DNA of 64,000 nucleotides from Escherichia coli (GCF_002854065.1 NZ_CP024147.1); one strand, 5' to 3'; positions 1 through 14,912 are shown, counted from the first letter of the stretch. Program-made: numbers and translations. The notes: generated from the letters alone by a model not told the origin.

Positions 1-2435
<2,435 letters not shown>

Positions 2436-2477
2436 GGTTTGGGTCCTTGTCTCTTTTAGAGCGCCTCGCTTCGGGCA

Positions 2478-2510
2478 TAAAAAAACCCGCGCAATGGCGC
2501 GGGTTTTTTG
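2478..2510 (-). terminator. leu attenuator hairpin (GC stem flanked by A-run and T-run)
   Basis: Plus-strand sequence aaaaaaacccgcgcaatggcgcgggtttttt between the leuL stop and the leuA start; stem cccgcgc/gcgcggg, U-tract on the reverse-strand transcript. Confidence 0.75.
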
Positions 2511-2527
2511 TTTGACTGCGTGCTGGC

Positions 2528-2614
2528 TTAATGCTGGATGCCGCTCACTCGTCTACCGCGCAAAGAAGATGCGTTTAGTAGTAGTAGACCGATAAAGCGA
2601 ACGATGTGAGTCAT
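2528..2614 (-). CDS. leuL: leu operon leader peptide (28 aa)
   Basis: [28 protein letters not shown] is the C-terminal 28 aa of the 63-aa track ORF 2528..2719; four consecutive CTA Leu codons (plus strand tagtagtagtag at 2576-2587). Confidence 0.88.
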
Positions 2615-3271
2615 TAAATCAGCTCCAGATGAATGCGATATGCTTTTAGAGTTACTGGATACAAAAACGGATGTCAACCCTGACGCAATAAAAACGTCCC
2701 GCCAGCATGAGTTCTGCATCCGTAAAATTAGCTAATTGTGCTGCTGTGGTTAAAACAAGCGATATTAATTTCTGCTTAACTACCGACGCTTTTCATCGGT
2801 TGACATATTTCAGAATAAATTTTTGCATCTAATCCACGAGGAAAAAGGGGACAAAATGCACGCGTTGCAAAACCTATCCTGATGATTTGTATTGAATTAT
2901 ATGTTTTGCGGATTTTTTGATATTGATTTGGTGAATATTATTGATCAATTAATGTTAAGAATTAATGCATTAAACATATAAATAAATTATTAAAAAGCAC
3001 ATTTAATCCATTTTGTGGATGATTGAGTATTCGCGGTAGTTATGATTAGATTGTTTTCGCAACAAAAACATTATGGATTATTATGCTGTGGTGAGTGACG
3101 CTTTCCACGGCAATGGATTCTGTTTTTATAAGAACCCGTATCTTTATGTTTTCCTAATTTTACTCATTTTCCTTTTTCTTATTTTATATGCATGATAAAT
3201 CATATTCTCGAGGATTATTTCTCTGCATTCCAATAAGGGAAAGGGAGTTAAGTGTGACAGTGGAGTTAAGT

Positions 3272-4216
3272 ATGCCAGAGGTACAAACAGATCATCCAGA
3301 GACGGCGGAGTTAAGCAAGCCACAGCTACGCATGGTCGATCTCAACTTATTAACCGTTTTCGATGCCGTGATGCAGGAGCAAAACATTACCCGTGCCGCT
3401 CATGTTCTGGGAATGTCGCAACCTGCGGTCAGTAACGCTGTTGCACGCCTGAAGGTGATGTTTAATGACGAGCTTTTTGTTCGTTATGGCCGTGGTATTC
3501 AACCGACTGCTCGCGCATTTCAACTTTTTGGTTCAGTTCGCCAGGCATTGCAACTAGTACAAAATGAATTGCCTGGTTCAGGTTTTGAACCCGCGAGCAG
3601 TGAACGTGTATTTCATCTTTGTGTTTGCAGCCCGTTAGACAGCATTCTGACCTCGCAGATTTATAATCACATTGAGCAGATTGCGCCAAATATACATGTT
3701 ATGTTCAAGTCTTCATTAAATCAGAACACTGAACATCAGCTGCGTTATCAGGAAACGGAGTTTGTGATTAGCTATGAAGACTTCCATCGTCCTGAATTTA
3801 CCAGCGTGCCATTATTTAAAGATGAAATGGTGCTGGTAGCCAGCAAAAATCATCCAACAATTAAAGGCCCGTTACTGAAACATGATGTTTATAACGAACA
3901 ACATGCGGCGGTTTCGCTCGATCGTTTCGCGTCATTTAGTCAACCTTGGTATGACACGGTAGATAAGCAAGCCAGTATCGCGTATCAGGGCATGGCAATG
4001 ATGAGCGTACTTAGCGTGGTGTCGCAAACGCATTTGGTCGCTATTGCGCCGCGTTGGCTGGCTGAAGAGTTCGCTGAATCCTTAGAATTACAGGTATTAC
4101 CGCTGCCGTTAAAACAAAACAGCAGAACCTGTTATCTCTCCTGGCATGAAGCTGCCGGGCGCGATAAAGGCCATCAGTGGATGGAAGAGCAATTAGTCTC
4201 AATTTGCAAACGCTAA
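3272..4216 (+). CDS. leuO: LysR-family transcriptional regulator LeuO
   Basis: Track ORF 3188..4216 trimmed to the ATG at 3272 ([33 protein letters not shown]..., 314 aa); LysR-type N-terminal HTH. Confidence 0.92.
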   Translation: MPEVQTDHPETAELSKPQLRMVDLNLLTVFDAVMQEQNITRAAHVLGMSQPAVSNAVARLKVMFNDELFVRYGRGIQPTARAFQLFGSVRQALQLVQNELPGSGFEPASSERVFHLCVCSPLDSILTSQIYNHIEQIAPNIHVMFKSSLNQNTEHQLRYQETEFVISYEDFHRPEFTSVPLFKDEMVLVASKNHPTIKGPLLKHDVYNEQHAAVSLDRFASFSQPWYDTVDKQASIAYQGMAMMSVLSVVSQTHLVAIAPRWLAEEFAESLELQVLPLPLKQNSRTCYLSWHEAAGRDKGHQWMEEQLVSICKR

Positions 4217-4218
4217 CT

Positions 4219-4268
4219 GAATGCAGAATAGGTCAGACATGAATGTCTGGTTTATTCTGCATTTTTTA
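4219..4268 (+). terminator. candidate rho-independent terminator after leuO
   Basis: Inverted repeat aatgcagaata...tattctgcatt with an inner cagacat/atgtctg pair, followed by a T-run (4262-4267). Confidence 0.55.
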
Positions 4269-4533
4269 TTGAATGTAGAATTTTATTCTGAATGTGTAGG
4301 CTCTCTATTTTAGGATTAATTAAAAAAATAGAGAAATTGCTGTAAGTTGTGGGATTCAGCCGATTTATTATCAATTTAATCCTTCGTAATGGAGGATTTT
4401 ATCGTTTCTTTTCACCTTTCCTCCTGTTTATTCTTATTATCCGGCGTTTATGTCTCTGGCTGCCAATTGCTTAAGCAAGATCGGACGGTTAATGTGTTTT
4501 ACACATTTTTTCCGTCAAACAGTGAGGCAGGCC

Positions 4534-6258
4534 ATGGAGATGTTGTCTGGAGCCGAGATGGTCGTCCGATCGCTTATCGATCAGGGCGTTAAACAAGTAT
4601 TCGGTTATCCCGGAGGCGCAGTCCTTGATATTTACGATGCATTGCATACCGTGGGTGGTATCGATCATGTTTTAGTTCGTCATGAGCAGGCGGCAGTGCA
4701 TATGGCCGATGGTCTGGCGCGCGCGACCGGGGAAGTCGGCGTCGTGCTGGTAACGTCGGGTCCAGGGGCGACCAATGCGATTACTGGCATCGCCACCGCT
4801 TATATGGATTCCATTCCATTAGTTGTCCTTTCCGGGCAGGTAGCGACCTCGTTGATAGGTTACGATGCCTTTCAGGAGTGCGACATGGTGGGGATTTCGC
4901 GACCGGTGGTTAAACACAGTTTTCTGGTTAAGCAAACGGAAGACATTCCGCAGGTGCTGAAAAAGGCTTTCTGGCTGGCGGCAAGTGGTCGCCCAGGACC
5001 AGTGGTCGTTGATTTACCGAAAGATATTCTTAATCCGGCGAACAAATTACCCTATGTCTGGCCGGAGTCGGTCAGTATGCGTTCTTACAATCCCACTACT
5101 ACCGGACATAAAGGGCAAATTAAGCGTGCTCTGCAAACGCTGGTAGCGGCAAAAAAACCGGTTGTCTACGTAGGCGGTGGGGCAATCACGGCGGGCTGCC
5201 ATCAGCAGTTGAAAGAAACGGTGGAGGCGTTGAATCTGCCCGTTGTTTCCTCATTGATGGGGCTGGGGGCGTTTCCGGCAACGCATCGTCAGGCACTGGG
5301 CATGCTGGGAATGCACGGTACCTACGAAGCCAATATGACGATGCATAACGCGGATGTGATTTTCGCCGTCGGGGTACGATTTGATGACCGAACGACGAAC
5401 AATCTGGCAAAGTACTGCCCAAATGCCACTGTTCTGCATATCGATATTGATCCTACTTCCATTTCTAAAACCGTGACTGCGGATATCCCGATTGTGGGGG
5501 ATGCTCGCCAGGTCCTCGAACAAATGCTTGAACTCTTGTCGCAAGAATCCGCCCATCAACCACTGGATGAGATCCGCGACTGGTGGCAGCAAATTGAACA
5601 GTGGCGCGCTCGTCAGTGCCTGAAATATGACACTCACAGTGAAAAGATTAAACCGCAGGCGGTGATCGAGACTCTTTGGCGGTTGACGAAGGGAGACGCT
5701 TACGTGACGTCCGATGTCGGGCAGCACCAGATGTTTGCTGCACTTTATTATCCATTCGACAAACCGCGTCGCTGGATCAATTCCGGTGGCCTCGGCACGA
5801 TGGGTTTTGGTTTACCTGCGGCACTGGGCGTCAAAATGGCGTTGCCAGAAGAAACCGTGGTTTGCGTCACTGGCGACGGCAGTATTCAGATGAACATTCA
5901 GGAACTGTCTACCGCGTTGCAATACGAGTTGCCCGTACTGGTGGTGAATCTCAATAACCGCTATCTGGGGATGGTGAAGCAGTGGCAGGACATGATCTAT
6001 TCCGGCCGTCATTCACAATCTTATATGCAATCGCTACCCGATTTCGTCCGTCTGGCGGAAGCCTATGGGCATGTCGGGATCCAGATTTCTCATCCGCATG
6101 AGCTGGAAAGCAAACTTAGCGAGGCGCTGGAACAGGTGCGCAGTAATCGCCTGGTGTTTGTTGATGTTACCGTTGATGGCAGCGAGCACGTCTACCCGAT
6201 GCAGATTCGCGGGGGCGGAATGGATGAAATGTGGTTAAGCAAAACGGAGAGAACCTGA
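4534..6258 (+). CDS. ilvI: acetolactate synthase III large subunit
   Basis: Track ORF 4450..6258 trimmed to the ATG at 4534 ([28 protein letters not shown]..., 574 aa); thiamine-diphosphate enzyme. Confidence 0.93.
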   Translation: MEMLSGAEMVVRSLIDQGVKQVFGYPGGAVLDIYDALHTVGGIDHVLVRHEQAAVHMADGLARATGEVGVVLVTSGPGATNAITGIATAYMDSIPLVVLSGQVATSLIGYDAFQECDMVGISRPVVKHSFLVKQTEDIPQVLKKAFWLAASGRPGPVVVDLPKDILNPANKLPYVWPESVSMRSYNPTTTGHKGQIKRALQTLVAAKKPVVYVGGGAITAGCHQQLKETVEALNLPVVSSLMGLGAFPATHRQALGMLGMHGTYEANMTMHNADVIFAVGVRFDDRTTNNLAKYCPNATVLHIDIDPTSISKTVTADIPIVGDARQVLEQMLELLSQESAHQPLDEIRDWWQQIEQWRARQCLKYDTHSEKIKPQAVIETLWRLTKGDAYVTSDVGQHQMFAALYYPFDKPRRWINSGGLGTMGFGLPAALGVKMALPEETVVCVTGDGSIQMNIQELSTALQYELPVLVVNLNNRYLGMVKQWQDMIYSGRHSQSYMQSLPDFVRLAEAYGHVGIQISHPHELESKLSEALEQVRSNRLVFVDVTVDGSEHVYPMQIRGGGMDEMWLSKTERT

Positions 6259-6260
6259 TT

Positions 6261-6752
6261 ATGCGCCGGATATTATCAGTCTTACTCGAAAATGAATCAG
6301 GCGCGTTATCCCGCGTGATTGGCCTTTTTTCCCAGCGTGGCTACAACATTGAAAGCCTGACCGTTGCGCCAACCGACGATCCGACATTATCGCGTATGAC
6401 CATCCAGACCGTGGGCGATGAAAAAGTACTTGAGCAGATCGAAAAGCAATTACACAAGCTGGTCGATGTCTTGCGCGTGAGTGAGTTGGGGCAGGGCGCG
6501 CATGTTGAGCGGGAAATCATGCTGGTGAAAATTCAGGCCAGCGGTTACGGGCGTGACGAAGTGAAACGTAATACGGAAATATTCCGTGGGCAAATTATCG
6601 ATGTCACACCCTCGCTTTATACCGTTCAATTAGCAGGCACCAGCGATAAGCTTGATGCATTTTTAGCATCGATTCGCGATGTGGCGAAAATTGTGGAAGT
6701 TGCTCGCTCTGGTGTGGTCGGACTTTCGCGCGGCGATAAAATAATGCGTTGA
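6261..6752 (+). CDS. ilvH: acetolactate synthase III small (regulatory) subunit
   Basis: Track ORF 6231..6752 trimmed to the ATG at 6261 ([33 protein letters not shown]..., 163 aa); starts 2 nt after the ilvI stop. Confidence 0.93.
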
Positions 6753-6775
6753 GAATGATCTCAATGCGCAATTTA

Positions 6776-6807
6776 CAGCCCAACATGTCACGTTGGGCTT
6801 TTTTTGC
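6776..6807 (+). terminator. rho-independent terminator after ilvH
   Basis: agcccaacatgtcacgttgggct hairpin followed by ttttttt. Confidence 0.65.
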
Positions 6808-6931
6808 GAAATCAGTGGGAACCTGGAATAAAAGCAGTTGCCGCAGTTAATTTTCTGCGCTTAGATGTTAATGAATTTAACCCATACCAGTACAATGGCT
6901 ATGGTTTTTACATTTTACGCAAGGGGCAATT

Positions 6932-7936
6932 GTGAAACTGGATGAAATCGCTCGGCTGGCGGGAGTGTCGCGGACCACTGCAAGCTATGTTATTAACGGC
7001 AAAGCGAAGCAATACCGTGTGAGCGACAAAACCGTTGAAAAAGTCATGGCTGTCGTGCGTGAGCACAATTACCACCCGAACGCCGTGGCAGCTGGGCTTC
7101 GTGCTGGACGCACACGTTCTATTGGTCTTGTGATCCCCGATCTGGAGAACACCAGCTATACCCGCATCGCTAACTATCTTGAACGCCAGGCGCGGCAACG
7201 GGGGTATCAACTGCTGATTGCCTGCTCAGAAGATCAGCCAGACAACGAAATGCGCTGTATTGAGCACCTTTTACAGCGTCAGGTCGATGCCATTATTGTT
7301 TCGACGTCGTTGCCTCCTGAGCATCCTTTTTATCAACGCTGGGCTAACGACCCGTTCCCGATTGTCGCGCTTGACCGCGCCCTCGATCGTGAACACTTTA
7401 CCAGCGTGGTTGGTGCCGATCAGGATGATGCCGAAATGCTGGCGGAAGAGTTACGTAAGTTTCCCGCCGAGACGGTGCTTTATCTTGGCGCGCTGCCGGA
7501 GCTTTCTGTCAGCTTCCTGCGTGAACAAGGTTTCCGTACTGCCTGGAAAGATGATCCGCGCGAAGTGCATTTTCTGTATGCCAATAGCTATGAGCGGGAG
7601 GCGGCTGCCCAGTTATTCGAAAAATGGCTGGAAACGCATCCGATGCCGCAGGCGCTGTTCACAACGTCGTTTGCGTTGTTGCAAGGGGTGATGGATGTCA
7701 CGCTACGTCGCGATGGTAAACTGCCTTCTGACCTGGCAATTGCCACCTTTGGCGATAACGAACTGCTCGACTTCTTACAGTGCCCGGTGCTGGCAGTGGC
7801 TCAACGTCACCGCGATGTCGCAGAGCGTGTGCTGGAGATTGTCCTGGCAAGCCTGGACGAACCACGTAAGCCAAAACCTGGTTTAACGCGCATTAAACGT
7901 AATCTCTATCGCCGCGGCGTGCTCAGCCGTAGCTAA
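6932..7936 (+). CDS. cra: catabolite repressor/activator (LacI/GalR family)
   Basis: 334-aa [40 protein letters not shown]... with a GTG start at 6932; N-terminal HTH. Confidence 0.95.
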   Translation: MKLDEIARLAGVSRTTASYVINGKAKQYRVSDKTVEKVMAVVREHNYHPNAVAAGLRAGRTRSIGLVIPDLENTSYTRIANYLERQARQRGYQLLIACSEDQPDNEMRCIEHLLQRQVDAIIVSTSLPPEHPFYQRWANDPFPIVALDRALDREHFTSVVGADQDDAEMLAEELRKFPAETVLYLGALPELSVSFLREQGFRTAWKDDPREVHFLYANSYEREAAAQLFEKWLETHPMPQALFTTSFALLQGVMDVTLRRDGKLPSDLAIATFGDNELLDFLQCPVLAVAQRHRDVAERVLEIVLASLDEPRKPKPGLTRIKRNLYRRGVLSRS

Positions 7937-8456
7937 GCTGCGAACAAAAATACGCGCCAGGTGAATTTCACTCTGGCGCGTAGAGTACGGGACTGGACAT
8001 CAATATCCTTAAAGTAAATAAGACTATTCCTGACTATTATTGATAAATGCTTTTAAACCCGCCCGTTAATTAACTCACCAGCTGAAATTCACAATAATTA
8101 AGTGATATCGACAGCGCGTTTTTGCATTATTTTGTTACATGCAGAGATGAATTGCCGATTTAACAAGCACTTTTCTTTGCTTTTGCGCAAACCCGCTGGC
8201 ATCAAGCGCTACACAGACGCAACAGGGACTGTTAACCGGGGAAGATATGTCCTAAAATGCCGCTCGCGTCGCAAACTGACACTTTATATTTGCTGTGGGA
8301 AATAGTGAGTCATTTTAAAACGGTGATGACGATGAGGTTTTTTTTCTTACAGCTATTCATAACGTTAATTTGCTTCGCACGTTGGACGTAAAATAAACAA
8401 CGCTGATATTAGCCGTAAACATCGGGTTTTTTACCTCGGTATGCCTTGTGACTGGC

Positions 8457-8520
8457 TTGACAAGCTTTTCCTCCGCTCCGTAAACTCCTTTCAGTGGGAA
8501 ATTGTGGGGCAAAGTGGGAA
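8457..8520 (+). promoter_or_regulatory. mraZ promoter (Pmra) with a triple TGGGN direct-repeat operator
   Basis: ttgaca (8457-8462), 18-nt spacer, taaact (8481-8486); then gtgggaa / gtgggg / gtgggaa starting at 8494, 8504, 8514 (10-bp phasing), just upstream of mraZ. Confidence 0.6.
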
Positions 8521-8537
8521 TAAGGGGTGAGGCTGGC

Positions 8538-8996
8538 ATGTTCCGGGGAGCAACGTTAGTCAATCTCGACAGCAAAGGGCGCTTATCAGTGCCTACCCGT
8601 TATCGGGAACAGCTGCTTGAGAACGCTGCCGGTCAAATGGTTTGCACCATTGACATTCATCACCCGTGCCTGCTGCTTTACCCCCTGCCTGAATGGGAAA
8701 TTATCGAGCAAAAATTATCGCGTCTGTCGAGCATGAACCCGGTTGAGCGCCGTGTGCAGCGCCTACTGTTAGGTCATGCCAGCGAATGTCAGATGGATGG
8801 CGCAGGTCGATTGTTAATCGCGCCAGTACTGCGGCAACATGCCGGGCTGACAAAAGAAGTGATGCTGGTTGGACAGTTCAACAAGTTTGAGCTGTGGGAT
8901 GAAACAACCTGGCATCAACAGGTCAAGGAAGATATCGACGCAGAGCAGTTGGCTACCGGAGACTTATCGGAGCGACTGCAGGACTTGTCTCTATAA
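8538..8996 (+). CDS. mraZ: division/cell-wall cluster transcriptional regulator MraZ
   Basis: Track ORF 8502..8996 trimmed to the ATG at 8538 ([23 protein letters not shown]..., 152 aa). Confidence 0.94.
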
Positions 8997-8997
8997 A

Positions 8998-9939
8998 ATG
9001 ATGGAAAACTATAAACATACTACGGTGCTGTTGGATGAAGCCGTTAATGGCCTCAATATCCGTCCTGATGGCATCTACATTGATGGGACTTTTGGTCGCG
9101 GTGGTCACTCACGTCTGATCCTCTCGCAGCTTGGCGAAGAGGGGCGTTTGCTGGCGATCGATCGCGACCCGCAGGCTATCGCCGTTGCGAAGACTATTGA
9201 TGATCCGCGCTTCTCCATCATCCACGGACCTTTCTCCGCGCTGGGCGAATACGTTGCCGAGCGCGATCTTATCGGCAAGATCGACGGCATTCTCCTCGAT
9301 CTTGGCGTCTCTTCACCGCAACTTGATGATGCTGAGCGCGGCTTTTCCTTTATGCGCGATGGTCCGCTGGACATGCGTATGGACCCAACCCGTGGGCAGT
9401 CAGCCGCTGAATGGCTACAAACCGCAGAAGAAGCCGATATCGCCTGGGTATTGAAAACCTATGGTGAAGAGCGTTTTGCCAAACGCATTGCCCGCGCCAT
9501 TGTCGAGCGTAACCGCGAACAGCCGATGACCCGCACCAAAGAACTGGCGGAAGTCGTGGCTGCTGCAACGCCGGTGAAAGATAAGTTTAAACATCCCGCG
9601 ACCCGTACCTTCCAGGCGGTGCGCATTTGGGTAAACAGTGAACTGGAGGAGATAGAGCAGGCGCTAAAAAGCTCGCTCAACGTGCTGGCCCCGGGTGGGC
9701 GGCTTTCGATCATCAGCTTCCACTCGCTGGAAGACCGTATTGTGAAACGTTTTATGCGTGAAAACAGCCGCGGTCCGCAAGTTCCGGCAGGGTTACCGAT
9801 GACTGAAGAGCAGCTCAAAAAACTGGGTGGCCGTCAGCTGCGAGCACTAGGCAAATTAATGCCGGGCGAAGAAGAGGTGGCTGAGAACCCTCGTGCCCGT
9901 AGTTCAGTTCTGCGTATTGCAGAGAGGACGAACGCATGA
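8998..9939 (+). CDS. rsmH: 16S rRNA m4C1402 methyltransferase
   Basis: Track ORF 8869..9939 trimmed to the ATG at 8998 ([19 protein letters not shown]..., 313 aa); starts 1 nt after the mraZ stop. Confidence 0.94.
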
Positions 9940-10301
9940 TCAGCAGAGTGACAGAAGCTCTAAGCAAAGTTAAAGGATCGATGGGAAGCCACGAGCGCCA
10001 TGCATTGCCTGGTGTTATCGGTGACGATCTTTTGCGATTTGGGAAGCTGCCACTCTGCCTGTTCATTTGCATTATTTTGACGGCGGTGACCGTGGTAACC
10101 ACGGCGCACCATACCCGTTTACTGACCGCTCAGCGCGAACAACTGGTGCTGGAGCGAGATGCTTTAGACATTGAATGGCGCAACCTGATCCTTGAAGAGA
10201 ATGCGCTCGGCGACCATAGCCGGGTGGAAAGGATCGCCACGGAAAAGCTGCAAATGCAGCATGTTGATCCGTCACAAGAAAATATCGTAGTGCAAAAATA
10301 A
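9936..10301 (+). CDS. ftsL: cell division protein FtsL
   Basis: 121-aa [43 protein letters not shown]...; 4-nt overlap with rsmH. Confidence 0.95.
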
Positions 10302-10316
10302 GGATAAACGCGACGC

Positions 10317-12083
10317 ATGAAAGCAGCGGCGAAAACGCAGAAACCAAAACGTCAGGAAGAACATGCCAACTTTATCAGTTGGCGTTTTGCGTTGTTATGC
10401 GGCTGTATTCTCCTGGCGCTGGCTTTTCTGCTCGGACGCGTAGCGTGGTTACAAGTTATCTCCCCGGATATGCTGGTGAAAGAGGGCGACATGCGTTCTC
10501 TTCGCGTTCAGCAAGTTTCCACCTCCCGCGGCATGATTACTGACCGTTCTGGTCGCCCGTTAGCGGTGAGCGTGCCGGTAAAAGCGATTTGGGCTGACCC
10601 GAAAGAAGTGCATGACGCTGGCGGTATCAGCGTCGGTGACCGCTGGAAGGCGCTGGCTAACGCGCTCAATATTCCGCTGGATCAGCTTTCTGCCCGCATT
10701 AACGCCAACCCGAAAGGGCGCTTTATTTATCTGGCGCGTCAGGTAAACCCTGACATGGCGGACTACATCAAAAAACTGAAACTGCCGGGAATTCATCTGC
10801 GTGAAGAATCTCGCCGTTATTATCCATCTGGCGAAGTGACTGCTCACCTCATCGGCTTTACTAACGTCGATAGTCAAGGTATTGAGGGCGTTGAGAAGAG
10901 TTTCGATAAATGGCTTACCGGGCAGCCGGGTGAGCGCATTGTGCGTAAAGACCGCTATGGTCGCGTAATTGAAGATATTTCTTCTACTGACAGCCAGGCA
11001 GCGCACAACCTGGCGTTGAGTATTGATGAACGCCTGCAGGCGCTGGTTTATCGCGAACTGAACAACGCGGTGGCCTTTAACAAGGCTGAATCTGGTAGCG
11101 CCGTGCTGGTGGATGTCAACACCGGTGAAGTGCTGGCGATGGCTAACAGCCCGTCATACAACCCTAACAATCTGAGCGGCACGCCGAAAGAGGCGATGCG
11201 TAACCGTACCATCACCGACGTGTTTGAACCTGGCTCAACGGTTAAACCGATGGTGGTGATGACCGCGTTGCAACGTGGCGTGGTGCGGGAAAACTCGGTA
11301 CTCAATACCATTCCTTATCGAATTAACGGCCACGAAATCAAAGACGTGGCACGCTACAGCGAATTAACCCTGACCGGGGTATTACAGAAGTCGAGTAACG
11401 TCGGTGTTTCCAAGCTGGCGTTAGCGATGCCGTCCTCAGCGTTAGTAGATACTTACTCACGTTTTGGACTGGGAAAAGCGACCAATTTGGGGTTGGTCGG
11501 AGAACGCAGTGGCTTATATCCTCAAAAACAACGGTGGTCTGACATAGAGAGGGCCACCTTCTCTTTCGGCTACGGGCTAATGGTAACACCGTTACAGTTA
11601 GCGCGAGTCTACGCAACTATCGGCAGCTACGGCATTTATCGCCCACTGTCGATTACGAAAGTTGACCCCCCGGTTCCCGGTGAACGTGTCTTCCCGGAAT
11701 CCATTGTCCGCACCGTGGTGCATATGATGGAAAGCGTGGCGCTACCGGGCGGCGGCGGCGTGAAGGCGGCGATTAAAGGCTATCGTATCGCCATTAAAAC
11801 CGGTACCGCGAAAAAGGTCGGGCCGGACGGTCGCTACATCAATAAATATATTGCTTATACCGCAGGCGTTGCGCCTGCGAGTCAGCCGCGCTTCGCGCTG
11901 GTTGTTGTTATCAACGATCCGCAGGCGGGTAAATACTACGGCGGCGCCGTTTCCGCGCCGGTCTTTGGTGCCATCATGGGCGGCGTATTGCGTACCATGA
12001 ACATCGAGCCGGATGCGCTGACAACGGGCGATAAAAATGAATTTGTGATTAATCAAGGCGAGGGGACAGGTGGCAGATCGTAA
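10317..12083 (+). CDS. ftsI: peptidoglycan D,D-transpeptidase FtsI (PBP3)
   Basis: 588-aa [30 protein letters not shown]...; transpeptidase STVK motif present. Confidence 0.97.
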   Translation: MKAAAKTQKPKRQEEHANFISWRFALLCGCILLALAFLLGRVAWLQVISPDMLVKEGDMRSLRVQQVSTSRGMITDRSGRPLAVSVPVKAIWADPKEVHDAGGISVGDRWKALANALNIPLDQLSARINANPKGRFIYLARQVNPDMADYIKKLKLPGIHLREESRRYYPSGEVTAHLIGFTNVDSQGIEGVEKSFDKWLTGQPGERIVRKDRYGRVIEDISSTDSQAAHNLALSIDERLQALVYRELNNAVAFNKAESGSAVLVDVNTGEVLAMANSPSYNPNNLSGTPKEAMRNRTITDVFEPGSTVKPMVVMTALQRGVVRENSVLNTIPYRINGHEIKDVARYSELTLTGVLQKSSNVGVSKLALAMPSSALVDTYSRFGLGKATNLGLVGERSGLYPQKQRWSDIERATFSFGYGLMVTPLQLARVYATIGSYGIYRPLSITKVDPPVPGERVFPESIVRTVVHMMESVALPGGGGVKAAIKGYRIAIKTGTAKKVGPDGRYINKYIAYTAGVAPASQPRFALVVVINDPQAGKYYGGAVSAPVFGAIMGGVLRTMNIEPDALTTGDKNEFVINQGEGTGGRS

Positions 12084-13557
12084 TTTGCGCGACCTTCTTG
12101 CTCCGTGGGTGCCAGACGCACCTTCGCGAGCACTGCGAGAGATGACACTCGACAGCCGTGTGGCTGCGGCGGGCGATCTCTTTGTAGCTGTAGTAGGTCA
12201 TCAGGCGGACGGGCGTCGATATATGCCGCAGGCGATAGCGCAAGGTGTGGCTGCCATTATTGCAGAGGCGAAAGGTGAGGCGACCGACGGTGAAATCCGT
12301 GAAATGCACGGCGTACCGGTCATCTATCTCAGCCAGCTCAACGAGCGTTTATCTGCACTGGCGGGCCGCTTTTACCATGAACCCTCTGACAATTTACGTC
12401 TCGTAGGCGTAACGGGCACCAACGGCAAAACCACGACGACCCAGCTGCTGGCGCAGTGGAGCCAACTGCTTGGCGAAACCAGCGCGGTAATGGGCACCGT
12501 TGGTAACGGTCTGCTTGGGAAAGTGATCCCGACAGAAAATACTACCGGTTCCGCAGTCGATGTTCAGCATGAGCTGGCGGGGCTGGTGGATCAGGGCGCG
12601 ACTTTTTGCGCAATGGAAGTTTCCTCCCACGGGCTGGTACAGCACCGTGTGGCGGCATTGAAATTTGCGGCGTCGGTCTTTACCAACTTAAGCCGCGATC
12701 ACCTTGATTATCATGGTGATATGGAACACTACGAAGCTGCGAAATGGCTGCTTTATTCTGAACATCATTGCGGTCAGGCGATTATTAACGCCGACGATGA
12801 AGTGGGCCGCCGCTGGCTGGCAAAACTGCCGGACGCGGTTGCGGTATCAATGGAAGATCATATCAATCCGAACTGTCACGGACGCTGGTTAAAAGCGAAC
12901 GACGTGAACTATCACGACAGCGGTGCGACGATTCGCTTTAGCTCAAGTTGGGGCGATGGCGAAATTGAAAGCCATCTTATGGGCGCTTTTAACGTCAGCA
13001 ACCTGCTGCTCGCGTTGGCGACACTGTTGGCACTCGGCTATCCATTGGCTGATCTGTTGAAAACCGCCGCGCGTCTGCAACCGGTTTGCGGACGTATGGA
13101 AGTGTTCACTGCGCCAGGCAAACCGACGGTGGTGGTGGATTACGCGCATACGCCGGATGCACTGGAAAAAGCCTTACAGGCGGCGCGTCTGCACTGTGCG
13201 GGCAAGCTGTGGTGTGTCTTTGGCTGTGGTGGCGATCGCGATAAAGGTAAGCGTCCACTGATGGGCGCAATTGCCGAAGAGTTTGCTGACGTGGCGGTGG
13301 TGACGGACGATAACCCGCGTACCGAAGAACCGCGTGCCATCATCAACGATATTCTGGCGGGAATGTTAGATGCCGGACATGCCAAAGTGATGGAAGGCCG
13401 TGCTGAAGCGGTGACTTGCGCCGTTATGCAGGCTAAAGAGAACGATGTGGTGCTGGTCGCGGGCAAAGGCCATGAAGATTACCAGATTGTTGGCAATCAG
13501 CGTCTGGACTACTCCGATCGCGTCACGGTGGCGCGTCTGCTGGGGGTGATTGCATGA
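12070..13557 (+). CDS. murE: UDP-MurNAc-tripeptide synthetase (meso-DAP adding)
   Basis: 495-aa ORF with a GTG start at 12070 ([17 protein letters not shown]...); [10 protein letters not shown]-loop; overlaps the ftsI 3' end by 14 nt. Confidence 0.96.
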   Translation: MADRNLRDLLAPWVPDAPSRALREMTLDSRVAAAGDLFVAVVGHQADGRRYMPQAIAQGVAAIIAEAKGEATDGEIREMHGVPVIYLSQLNERLSALAGRFYHEPSDNLRLVGVTGTNGKTTTTQLLAQWSQLLGETSAVMGTVGNGLLGKVIPTENTTGSAVDVQHELAGLVDQGATFCAMEVSSHGLVQHRVAALKFAASVFTNLSRDHLDYHGDMEHYEAAKWLLYSEHHCGQAIINADDEVGRRWLAKLPDAVAVSMEDHINPNCHGRWLKANDVNYHDSGATIRFSSSWGDGEIESHLMGAFNVSNLLLALATLLALGYPLADLLKTAARLQPVCGRMEVFTAPGKPTVVVDYAHTPDALEKALQAARLHCAGKLWCVFGCGGDRDKGKRPLMGAIAEEFADVAVVTDDNPRTEEPRAIINDILAGMLDAGHAKVMEGRAEAVTCAVMQAKENDVVLVAGKGHEDYQIVGNQRLDYSDRVTVARLLGVIA

Positions 13558-14912
13558 TTAGCGTAACCCTTAGCCAACTTACCGACATTCTCAACGGTGA
13601 ACTGCAAGGTGCAGATATCACCCTTGATGCTGTAACCACTGATACCCGAAAACTGACGCCGGGCTGCCTGTTTGTTGCCCTGAAAGGCGAACGTTTCGAT
13701 GCTCATGATTTTGCCGACCAGGCGAAAGCTGGCGGCGCAGGCGCACTACTGGTTAGCCGTCCGCTGGACATCGACCTGCCGCAGTTAATCGTCAAGGATA
13801 CGCGTCTGGCGTTTGGTGAACTGGCTGCATGGGTTCGCCAGCAAGTTCCGGCGCGCGTGGTTGCTCTGACAGGTTCCTCCGGCAAAACCTCCGTTAAAGA
13901 GATGACGGCGGCGATTTTAAGCCAGTGCGGCAACACGCTTTATACGGCAGGCAATCTCAACAACGACATCGGTGTACCGATGACGCTGTTGCGCTTAACG
14001 CCGGAATACGATTACGCAGTTATTGAACTTGGCGCGAACCATCAGGGCGAAATAGCCTGGACTGTGAGTCTGACTCGCCCGGAAGCGGCGCTGGTCAACA
14101 ACCTGGCAGCGGCACATCTGGAAGGTTTTGGCTCGCTTGCGGGGGTCGCGAAAGCGAAAGGTGAAATCTTTAGCGGCCTGCCGGAAAACGGTATCGCCAT
14201 TATGAACGCCGACAACAACGACTGGCTGAACTGGCAGAGCGTAATTGGCTCACGCAAAGTGTGGCGTTTCTCACCTAATGCCGCCAACAGCGATTTCACC
14301 GCCACCAATATCCATGTGACTTCGCACGGTACGGAATTTACCCTGCAAACCCCAACCGGTAGCGTGGATGTTCTGCTGCCGTTGCCGGGGCGTCACAATA
14401 TTGCGAATGCGCTGGCAGCCGCTGCGCTCTCCATGTCCGTGGGCGCAACGCTTGATGCTATCAAAGCGGGGCTGGCAAATCTGAAAGCTGTTCCAGGCCG
14501 TCTGTTCCCCATCCAACTGGCAGAAAACCAGTTGCTGCTCGACGACTCCTACAACGCCAATGTCGGTTCAATGACCGCCGCTGTTCAGGTACTGGCTGAA
14601 ATGCCGGGCTACCGCGTGCTGGTGGTGGGCGATATGGCGGAACTGGGCGCTGAAAGCGAAGCCTGCCATGTACAGGTGGGCGAGGCGGCAAAAGCTGCTG
14701 GTATTGACCGCGTGTTAAGCGTGGGTAAACAAAGCCATGCTATCAGCACCGCCAGCGGCGTTGGCGAACATTTTGCTGAGAAAACTGCGTTAATTACGCG
14801 TCTTAAATCACTGATTGCTGAGCAACAGGTAATTACGATTTTAGTTAAGGGTTCACGTAGTGCCGCCATGGAAGAGGTAGTACGAGCTTTACAGGAGAAT
14901 GGGACATGTTAG
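13554..14912 (+). CDS. murF: UDP-MurNAc-pentapeptide synthetase (D-Ala-D-Ala adding)
   Basis: 452-aa [33 protein letters not shown]...; 4-nt overlap with murE. Confidence 0.96.
   Translation: MISVTLSQLTDILNGELQGADITLDAVTTDTRKLTPGCLFVALKGERFDAHDFADQAKAGGAGALLVSRPLDIDLPQLIVKDTRLAFGELAAWVRQQVPARVVALTGSSGKTSVKEMTAAILSQCGNTLYTAGNLNNDIGVPMTLLRLTPEYDYAVIELGANHQGEIAWTVSLTRPEAALVNNLAAAHLEGFGSLAGVAKAKGEIFSGLPENGIAIMNADNNDWLNWQSVIGSRKVWRFSPNAANSDFTATNIHVTSHGTEFTLQTPTGSVDVLLPLPGRHNIANALAAAALSMSVGATLDAIKAGLANLKAVPGRLFPIQLAENQLLLDDSYNANVGSMTAAVQVLAEMPGYRVLVVGDMAELGAESEACHVQVGEAAKAAGIDRVLSVGKQSHAISTASGVGEHFAEKTALITRLKSLIAEQQVITILVKGSRSAAMEEVVRALQENGTC

Noticed and set aside
4450-4533. N-terminal extensions in the ORF track (ilvI 602 vs 574 aa; also leuO, lpd, acnB, secM, cueO, gcd, hpt, yacC, nadC, pdhR, ampE, mraZ, rsmH, yacL, ftsW).
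   Set aside because: The track takes the most upstream in-frame start. The internal starts I used reproduce the N-termini I recognise for these proteins and avoid overlap with the upstream gene or promoter.
7950-7980. Hairpin cgcgccag gtgaatttcact ctggcgcg after cra as an intrinsic terminator.
   Set aside because: The stem is good but the U-tract follows it only on the reverse strand, where there is no upstream gene. On the cra strand it is followed by agagtacgg, so function and orientation are ambiguous.
8102-8305. 67-aa ORF in the cra-mraZ spacer as a possible small protein.
   Set aside because: No Shine-Dalgarno-like sequence at suitable spacing, Cys/Arg-rich composition typical of random AT-rich translation, and it lies in a promoter region. 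Not supportable without expression data.
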